Below, piece by piece: positions 55,901 through 64,000 of a stretch of DNA of 64,000 nucleotides. The DNA is taken from contig OZ024742.1 of NCBI GenBank assembly GCA_964016885.1, positions 377,766,001-377,830,000 on the forward strand, given 5' to 3'. Below the pieces are notes generated by a model, which worked only from the letters and a program-made list of their open reading frames with translations, was not told the DNA's origin and ran no database searches. How positions within the stretch are numbered: the stretch's first letter is position 1; every line of letters starts with the position of its first letter. The translations under genes and the position numbers were made by a program. The stretch comes from Eledone cirrhosa. Its lineage: Eukaryota.

Positions 55901-58900
55901 AAGACTAGAACGTAGAACATATTTCTACTTCTGTCACTTGTTAAACTACCTCTACAGAAGACTAAATCATATTTCTACTTCTGTCACTTGTTAAACTATC
56001 TCTACAGAAGACTAGAACATGATTCTACTACTCTCACTTGTTAAACTACCTCTACAGAAGACAAGAACATATTTCTACTTCTGTCACTTGTTAAACTACC
56101 TCAACAGAAGAATAGAACACATTTCTACTTCTGTCACTTGTTAAACTATCTCTAAAGAAGACTAGAACATATTTCTACTTCTGTCACATGTTAAACTATC
56201 TCTGCAGAAGACTAGAACATATTTCTACTCCTGTCACTCGTTAAATTATCTCTACAGAACACTAGAAAATAATTCTACTTCTTTCACATGTTAAACTATC
56301 TCTACAGAAGACTAGAACATAATTCTACTTCTTTCACATGTTAAACCATCTCTACAGAAGACTAGAACATAATTCTACTTCTGTCACTTGTTAAACTATC
56401 TCTACAGAACGCTAGAACATAATTCTACTTCTTTCACATGTTAAACTATATCTACAGAGGACTAGAACATAATTCTACTTCTGTCACTTGTTAACCTATC
56501 TCTACAGATGACTAGAACATAATTCTACTTCTTTCACTTGTTAAACTATCTCTACAGAAGACTAGAACATAGTTCTACTATTGTCACATGTTAACCTATC
56601 TCTACAGAAGACTAGAACATAATTCTACTTCTGTCACATGTTAAACTATCTCTACAGAAGACTAGAACATATTTCTACTTCTGTCACTTGTTAAACTATC
56701 TCTACAGAAGACTAGAACATATTTCTAAATCTGTCACTTGTTAAACTATCTCTACAGAAGACTAGAACATATTTCTACTTCTGTCACTTGTTAAACTATC
56801 TCTACAGAAGACTAGAACGTAGAACATATTTCTTCTTCTGTCACTTGTTAAACTACCTCTACAGAAGACTAAATCATATTTCTACTTCTGTCACTTGTTA
56901 AACTATCTCTACAGAAGACTAAAACATATTTCTACTTCTGTCACTTGTTAAACTATCTCTACAGAAGACTAGAACATATTTCTACTTCTTTCACTTGTTA
57001 AACTATCTCTACAGAAGACTAGAATATAATTCTACTTCTTTCACTTGTTAAACTATCTCTACAGAAGACTAGAACATAATCCTACTTCTGTCACTTGTTA
57101 AACTATCTCTACAGAAGACTAGAACATAGAACATATTTCTACTTCTGTTACTTGTTACACTATCTCTACAGAAGACTAGAACATGATTCTACTACTCTCA
57201 CTTGTTAAACTACCTCTACAGAAGACAAGAACATATTTCTACTTCTGTCACTTGTTAAACTACCTCAACAGAAGAATAGAACACATTTCTACTTCTGTCA
57301 CGTGTTAAACTATCTCTAAAGATGACTAGAACATATTTCTACTTCTGTCACATGTTAAACTATCTCTGCAGATGACTAGAACATATTTCTACTCCTGTCA
57401 CTCGTTAAATTATCTCTACAGAACACTAGAAAATAATTCTACTTCTTTCACATGTTAAACCATCTCTACAGAAGACTAGAACATAATTCTACTTCTTTCA
57501 CATGTTAAACCATCTCTACAGAAGACTAGAACATAATTCTACTTCTGTCACTTGTTAAACTATCTCTACAGAAGGCTAGAACATAATTCTACTTCTTTCA
57601 CATGTTAAACTATATCTACAGAAGACTAGAACATAATTCTACTTCTGTCACTTGTTAACCTATCTCTACAGATGACTAGAACATAATTCTACTTCTTTCA
57701 CTTGTTAAACTATCTCTACAGAAGACTAGAACATATTTCTACTATTGTCACATGTTAACCTATCTCTACAGAAGACTAGAACATAATTCTACTTCTGTCA
57801 CATGTTAAACTATCTCTACAGAAGACTAGAACATATTTCTACTTCTGTCACTTGTTAAACTATCTCTACAGAAGACTAGAACATATTTCTAAATCTGTCA
57901 CTTGTTAAACTATCTCTACAGAAGACTAGAACATATTTCTACTTCTGTCACTTGTTAAACTATCTCTACAGAAGACTAGAACGTAGAACATATTTCTACT
58001 TCTGTCACTTGTTAAACTACCTCTACAGAAGACTAAATCATATTTCTATTTCTGTCACTTGTTAAACTATCTCTACAGAAGACAAAACATAATTCTACTA
58101 CTTTCACTTGTTAAACTATCTCTACAGAAGACTAGAACATAGAACATATTTCTACTTCTGTCACTTGTTAAACTATCTCTACAGAAGACTAAAACATATT
58201 TCTACTTCTGTCACTTGTTAAACTATCTCTACAGAAGACTAGAACATAATTCTACTTCTCTCACTTGTTAAACTATCTCTACAGAAGACTAGAACATAAT
58301 TCCACTTCTGTAACTTGTTAAACTATCTCTACAGAATACTAGAACTTATTTCTACTTCTGTCACATGATAAACTATCTCTACAGAAGACTAGAACATATT
58401 TCTAGTTCTGTCACTTGTTAAACTATCTCTACAGAAGACTAGAACATATTTCTACTTCTGTCACTTGTTAAACTATCTCTACAGAAGACTAGAACATAAT
58501 TCTACTTCTGTCACTTGTTAAACTATCTCTACAGAAGACTAGAACATAATTCTACTTCTTTCACTTGTTAAACTATCTCTACAGAAGACTAGAACATAAT
58601 TCTACTTCTTTCACTTGTTAATCTATCTCTACAGAAGACTAGAACATAATTCTACTTCTGTCACTTGTTAAACTATCTCTACAGAAGACTAGAACATAAT
58701 TCTACTTCTGTCACTTGTTAAACTATCTCTACAGAAGACTAGAAATAATTTCTACTTCTGTCAGTTGTTAAACTATCACTAAAGAAGACTTGAACATATT
58801 TCTACTTCTGTCACATGTTAAACTATCTCTACAGAAGACTAGAACATAGAACATATTTCTGCTTCTGTCACTTGTTAAAGTATCTCTACAGAAGACTAGA

Positions 58901-60999
58901 ACATATTACTACTTCTGTCACTTGTTAAACTATCTCTACAAAAGACTAGAACATATTTCTACTACTGTCCCTTGTTAAACTCGCTCTACAGAAGACTAGA
59001 ACATATTTCTACTACTGTCCCTTGTTAAACTATCTCTACAGAAGACTAGAACATATTTCTACTTCTGTCACTTGTTAAACTATCTCTACAGAAGACTAGA
59101 ACGTAGAACATATTTCTACTTCTGTCACTTGTTAAACTACCTCTACAGAAGACTAAATCATATTTCTACTTCTGTCACTTGTTAAACTATCTCTACAGAA
59201 GACAAGAACATGATTCTACTACTCTCACTTGTTAAACTACCTCTACAGAAGACAAGAACATATTTCTACTTCTGTCACTTGTTAAACTACCTCAACAGAA
59301 GAATAGAACACATTTCTACTTCTGTCACTTGTTAAACTATCTCTAAAGAAGACTAGAACATATTTCTACTTCTGTCACATGTTAAACTATCTCTGCAGAA
59401 GACTAGAACATATTTCTACTCCTGTCACTCGTTAAATTATCTCTACAGAACACTAGAAAATAATTCTACTTCTTTCACATGTTAAACTATCTCTACAGAA
59501 GACTAGAACATAATTCTACTTCTTTCACATGTTAAACCATCTCTACAGAAGACTAGAACATAATTCTACTTCTGTCACTTGTTAAACTATCTCTACAGAA
59601 CGCTAGAACATAATTCTACTTCTTTCACATGTTAAACTATATCTACAGAGGACTAGAACATAATTCTACTTCTGTCACTTGTTAACCTATCTCTACAGAT
59701 GACTAGAACATAATTCTACTTCTTTCACTTGTTAAACTATCTCTACAGAAGACTAGAACATAGTTCTACTATTGTCACATGTTAACCTATCTCTACAGAA
59801 GACTAGAACATAATTCTACTTCTGTCACATGTTAAACTATCTCTACAGAAGACTAGAACATATTTCTACTTCTGTCACTTGTTAAACTATCTCTACAGAA
59901 GACTAGAACATATTTCTAAATCTGTCACTTGTTAAACTATCTCTACAGAAGACTAGAACATATTTCTACTTCTGTCACTTGTTAAACTATCTCTACAGAA
60001 GACTAGAACGTAGAACATATTTCTACTTCTGTCACTTGTTAAACTACCTCTACAGAAGACTAAATCATATTTCTACTTCTGTCACTTGTTAAACTATCTC
60101 TACAGAAGACAAAACATAATTCTACTACTTTCACTTGTTAAACTATCTCTACAGAAGACTAGAACATAATTCTACTTCTTTCACTTGTTAAACTATCTCT
60201 ACAGAAGACTAGAACATAATTCTACTTCTGTCACTTGTTAAACTATCTCTACAGAAGACTAGAACATAATTCTACTTCTTTCACTTGTTAAACTATCTCT
60301 ACAGAAGACTAGAACATAGAACATATTTCTACTTCTCTCACTTGTTAAACTATCTCTACAGAAGACTAGAACATAATTCCACTTCTGTAACTTGTTAAAC
60401 TATCTCTACAGAATACTAGAACTTATTTCTACTTCTGTCACATGATAAACTATCTCTACAGAAGACTAGAACATATTTCTACTTCTGTCACTTGTTAAAC
60501 TATCTCTACAGAAGACTAGAACATATTTCTACTTCTGTCACTTGTTAAACTATCTCTACAGAAGACTAGAACATAATTCTACTTCTGTCACTTGTTAAAC
60601 TATCTCTACAGAAGACTAGAACATATTTCTACTTCTGTCACTTGTTAAACTATCTCTACAGAAGACTAGAACATAATTCTACTTCTGTCACTTGTTAAAC
60701 TATCTCTACAGAAGACTAGAACTAATTTCAACTTCTGTCAGTTGTTAAACTATCACTAAAGAAGACTTGAACATATTTCTACTTCTGTCACTTGTTAAAC
60801 TATCTCTACAGAAGACTAGAACATAGAACATATTTCTGCTTCTGTCACTTGTTAAAGTATCTCTACAGAAGACTAGAACATATTACTACTTCTGTCACTT
60901 GTTAAACTATCTCTACAAAAGACTAGAACATATTTCTACTACTGTCCCTTGTTAAACTCGCTCTACAGAAGACTAGAACATATTTCTACTACTGTCACT

Positions 61000-63900
61000 T
61001 GTTAAACTATCTCTACAGAACACTAGAAAATAATTCTACTTCTTTCACATGTTAAACTATCTCTACAGAAGACTAGAACATAATTCTACTTCTTTCACAT
61101 GTTAAACCATCTCTACAGAAGACTAGAACATAATTCTACTTCTGTCACTTGTTAAACTATCTCTACAGAACGCTAGAACATAATTCTACTTCTTTCACAT
61201 GTTAAACTATATCTACAGAGGACTAGAACATAATTCTACTTCTGTCACTTGTTAACCTATCTCTACAGATGACTAGAACATAATTCTACTTCTTTCACTT
61301 GTTAAACTATCTCTACAGAAGACTAGAACATAGTTCTACTATTGTCACATGTTAACCTATCTCTACAGAAGACTAGAACATAATTCTACTTCTGTCACAT
61401 GTTAAACTATCTCTACAGAAGACTAGAACATATTTCTACTTCTGTCACTTGTTAAACTATCTCTACAGAAGACTAGAACATATTTCTAAATCTGTCACTT
61501 GTTAAACTATCTCTACAGAAGACTAGAACATATTTCTACTTCTGTCACTTGTTAAACTATCTCTACAGAAGACTAGAACGTAGAACATATTTCTACTTCT
61601 GTCACTTGTTAAACTACCTCTACAGAAGACTAAATCATATTTCTACTTCTGTCACTTGTTAAACTATCTCTACAGAAGACTAAAACATATTTCTACTTCT
61701 GTCACTTGTTACACTATCTCTACAGAAGACTAGAACATATTTCTACTTCTTTCACTTGTTAAACTATCTCTACAGAAGACTAGAACATAATTCTACTTCT
61801 TTCACTTGTTAAACTATCTCTACAGAAGACTAGAACATAATCCTACTTCTGTCACTTGTTAAACTATCTCTACAGAAGACTAGAACATAGAACATATTTC
61901 TACTTCTGTTACTTGTTACACTATCTCTACAGAAGACTAGAACATGATTCTACTACTCTCACTTGTTAAACTACCTCTACAGAAGACAAGAACATATTTC
62001 TACTTCTGTCACTTGTTAAACTACCTCAACAGAAGAATAGAACACATTTCTACTTCTGTCACTTGTTAAACTATCTCTACAGAAGACTAGAACATAATTC
62101 TACTTCTCTCACTTGTTAAACTATCTCTACAGAAGACTAGAACATAATTCCACTTCTGTAACTTGTTAAACTATCTCTACAGAATACTAGAACTTATTTC
62201 TACTTCTGTCACATGATAAACTATCTCTACAGAAGACTAGAACATATTTCTAGTTCTGTCACTTGTTAAACTATCTCTACAGAAGACTAGAACATATTTC
62301 TACTTCTGTCACTTGTTAAACTATCTCTACAGAAGACTAGAACATAATTCTACTTCTGTCACTTGTTAAACTATCTCTACAGAAGACTAGAACATAATTC
62401 TACTTCTTTCACTTGTTAAACTATCTCTACAGAAGACTAGAAAATAATTCTACTTCTTTCACTTGTTAATCTATCTCTACAGAAGACTAGAACATAATTC
62501 TACTTCTGTCACTTGTTAAACTATCTCTACAGAAGACTAGAACATAATTCTACTTCTGTCACTTGTTAAACTATCTCTACAGAAGACTAGAACTAATTTC
62601 TACTTCTGTCAGTTGTTAAACTATCACTAAAGAAGACTTGAACATATTTCTACTTCTGTCACTTGTTAAACTATCTCTACAGAAGACTAGAACATAGAAC
62701 ATATTTCTGCTTCTGTCACTTGTTAAAGTATCTCTACAGAAGACTAGAACATATTACTACTTCTGTCACTTGTTAAACTATCTCTACAAAAGACTAGAAC
62801 ATATTTCTACTACTGTCCCTTGTTAAACTCGCTCTACAGAAGACTAGAACATATTTCTACTACTGTCCCTTGTTAAACTATCTCTACAGAAGACTAGAAC
62901 ATATTTCTACTTCTGTCACTTGTTAAACTATCTCTACAGAAGACTAGAACGTAGAACATATTTCTACTTCTGTCACTTGTTAAACTACCTCTACAGAAGA
63001 CTAAATCATATTTCTACTTCTGTCACTTGTTAAACTATCTCTACAGAAGACTAGAACATGATTCTACTACTCTCACTTGTTAAACTACCTCTACAGAAGA
63101 CCAGAACATATTTCTACTTCTGTCACTTGTTAAACTACCTCAACAGAAGAATAGAACACATTTCTACTTCTGTCACTTGTTAAACTATCTCTAAAGAAGA
63201 CTAGAACATATTTCTACTTCTGTCACATGTTAAACTATCTCTGCAGAAGACTAGAACATATTTCTACTCCTGTCACTCGTTAAATTATCTCTACAGAACA
63301 CTAGAAAATAATTCTACTTCTTTCACATGTTAAACTATCTCTACAGAAGACTAGAACATAATTCTACTTCTTTCACATGTTAAACCATCTCTACAGAAGA
63401 CTAGAACATAATTCTACTTCTGTCACTTGTTAAACTATCTCTACAGAACGCTAGAACATAATTCTACTTCTTTCACATGTTAAACTATATCTACAGAGGA
63501 CTAGAACATAATTCTACTTCTGTCACTTGTTAACCTATCTCTACAGATGACTAGAACATAATTCTACTTCTTTCACTTGTTAAACTATCTCTACAGAAGA
63601 CTAGAACATAGTTCTACTATTGTCACATGTTAACCTATCTCTACAGAAGACTAGAACATAATTCTACTTCTGTCACATGTTAAACTATCTCTACAGAAGA
63701 CTAGAACATATTTCTAAATCTGTCACTTGTTAAACTATCTCTACAGAAGACTAGAACATATTTCTACTTCTGTCACTTGTTAAACTATCTCTACAGAAGA
63801 CTAGAACGTAGAACATATTTCTTCTTCTGTCACTTGTTAAACTACCTCTACAGAAGACTAAATCATATTTCTACTTCTGTCACTTGTTAAACTATCTCTA

Positions 63901-64000
63901 CAGAAGACTAAAACATATTTCTACTTCTGTCACTTGTTAAACTATCTCTACAGAAGACTAGAACATATTTCTACTTCTTTCACTTGTTAAACTATCTCTA
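61000..64000. repeat. Non-adjacent copy of the ~54.0-57.0 kb block (offset 7039 bp)
   Basis: ctcaac 54986/62025 and 56100/63139 and cagttg 55571/62610 are all at +7039. The cgtagaacatatttctTctt variant is at 56834/63823 (+6989, one monomer fewer). Confidence 0.75.

Larger units (their letters stand above)
1..64000. repeat. 50-bp-monomer tandem satellite array (about 1,250 copies, single orientation, extends beyond both window ends)
   Basis: Bases 1-50 (cacttgttaaactatctctacagaagactagaacatatttctacttctgt) recur head-to-tail to base 64000, and most monomers differ from consensus by 0-3 substitutions. Consensus composition is A16 C11 G5 T18. No unique sequence or inversion was seen. Confidence 0.99.
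17280..64000. repeat. Satellite sub-domain B (right): long higher-order repeats built from variant-rich monomer cassettes
   Basis: The cassette catgattctactactctc / actacctc...gacaag / cctcaacagaagaatagaacac first appears at ~17800 and recurs 26 times (ctcaac from 17881 to 63139). It is usually followed by ctaaag, ctgcag and ctcctgtcactcgttaaatt monomers. Confidence 0.88.

Noticed and set aside
1-64000. CRISPR array interpretation (palindromic repeat plus spacer)
   Set aside because: The 19-nt segment between hairpins is as conserved as the hairpin itself. Variation is SNV-level and inherited in blocks, not acquired spacers.
1-64000. Artefact explanation (rolling-circle or PCR concatemer, synthetic construct with a BbsI GAAGAC site per unit)
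   Set aside because: Hierarchically shared variants at exact multi-kb offsets indicate evolutionary duplication history rather than random error on one template. Exact copy numbers of near-identical blocks could still be mis-assembled.
1-64000. Telomeric repeat array
   Set aside because: There is no G-rich short telomere motif, and the unit length and HOR-structured heterogeneity do not fit telomerase-templated repeats.

Overview
The whole 64 kb window is one uninterrupted head-to-tail tandem satellite array of roughly 1,250 monomers, all in the same orientation and open at both ends. The 50-bp consensus is CACTTGTTAAACTATCTCTACAGAAGACTAGAACATA(T/A)TTCTACTTCT(G/T)T (32% GC, no CpG), with recurrent 57-bp (+TAGAACA) and 49-bp variants. 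I found no credible gene, RNA gene, transposon or CRISPR array, and the single 62-aa ORF is a chance read-through. Two kinds of structure stand out. First, each monomer carries a 31-bp bulged inverted repeat (ACAGAAG-AC-TAGAA-loop-TTCTA-CTTCTGT). Second, diagnostic variant monomers show a layered higher-order organisation: a left domain (1 to ~16.7 kb, ~0.4-2.3 kb periods) and a right domain (from ~17.3 kb) with nested duplications offset by 514, 907, 2278, 3406, 4025, 4905, 5318/5325 and 7039 bp. It looks like eukaryotic satellite DNA, possibly (peri)centromeric, but organism and function cannot be determined from this window. All offsets were read by hand from marker variants, so block boundaries are approximate (about 1-3 monomers).
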